Assembly: GCA_015487405.1 (NCBI GenBank)
Contig: WFPV01000211.1
Coordinates: forward strand, 1 to 40,303
DNA: 40,303 nucleotides
Direction of reading: 5' to 3'
Origin: Aquifex sp.
GTDB taxonomy: Bacteria; Aquificota; Aquificia; Aquificales; Aquificaceae
Shown in pieces: positions 39,826 to 40,303 of the stretch (position 1 is the first letter of the stretch; each line of letters opens with the position of its first letter). Position numbers and translations under genes: made by a program. The notes beneath the pieces were generated by a model that was given only the letters and a program-made list of their open reading frames with translations, had not been told where the DNA came from and ran no database searches.

Positions 39826-40302
39826 TCACCCCTCCTGAAATTTTATAAGTTTCGTCTGGTCTATTATTTTACCAAAGCTTATTCCAAAATCTGAAATTTC
39901 TGTGGCTTTAGCGAGGGCAACTTTGCCTTCAATAACACGCATCGCGTATAAGTTTTTTACTTTCTGGAAGTAGTTTAAAATGTCCTCTTCAAATACTGCG
40001 TTGTTTACAAATCCTTTCTGAACGGTGGATATGTGAAATATTAATGGGAAGTTTTTCCCATATTGGGATAACTGCTTTAAGTCTCCGTTTAGAGCCTCCT
40101 GAACTTGCTCCTCGGGAAGTTCTCCGAAGTAAGCCATATACAGAACCTTCGGTTTATACTTCTCAAGGTAGTTTACAAACTTTTTGCCCCCTTCTATATA
40201 CCAAGCCGTTTTTCCGAGGATTCTTAAACCTGTCGTCAGTGCACCTGCAAAAACCGCGCAAAGCTGGGAGTTTTCCATAAATACCACACCGATATTGTCA
40301 AA
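39826..40302 (-). CDS. Hypothetical protein (probably starts beyond the window)
   Basis: Frame is open to the window end; stop codon abuts the next gene. Confidence 0.7.
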   Translation of the reverse strand, partial: FDNIGVVFMENSQLCAVFAGALTTGLRILGKTAWYIEGGKKFVNYLEKYKPKVLYMAYFGELPEEQVQEALNGDLKQLSQYGKNFPLIFHISTVQKGFVNNAVFEEDILNYFQKVKNLYAMRVIEGKVALAKATEISDFGISFGKIIDQTKLIKFQEG

Positions 40303-40303
40303 G

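Overview
A 40.3-kb, gene-dense window from a thermophilic bacterium of the Aquificaceae. Many proteins resemble Aquifex aeolicus proteins as I recall them; no search was run. It opens inside a type III-A CRISPR effector operon (cas10/csm1, 5'-truncated, then csm2-csm5), followed by a large beta-propeller/coiled-coil/MoxR-type AAA+ ATPase gene. A cas6 lies about 26 kb away, directly behind a decayed SAVED-like (CalpL-type) pseudogene. No CRISPR array or cas1/cas2 is visible. Most of the rest is core genome: galE, waaA, trmB, two tatA, rpsF-ssb-rpsR, speE, feoAB, yajC, cdsA-uppS-cpoB, kdsA, dcd, pabC-like, gspF, folP-cdaA-cdaR, gspL/M-like and mglA/mglB. Notable items are (i) a histone-fold (DUF1931) gene upstream of a tandem ferritin-like gene that ends in an encapsulin cargo-loading peptide (FTVGSLI); (ii) a CooS/CODH homolog lacking the canonical acid-base residues, behind a consensus sigma54 promoter and between a His-rich porin and feoAB; (iii) four related TTGA-N9-TCAA Fur-like boxes; (iv) a 294-bp IS1-derived element next to a cytochrome c552 pseudogene; (v) a PhnD-like gene inside the rpsF-ssb-rpsR operon; (vi) a membrane protein-MglB-DUF4388-MglA module coupled to T2SS/pilus L/M-like genes; and (vii) repeated TAnnnT-N7-start signatures that suggest leaderless mRNAs.
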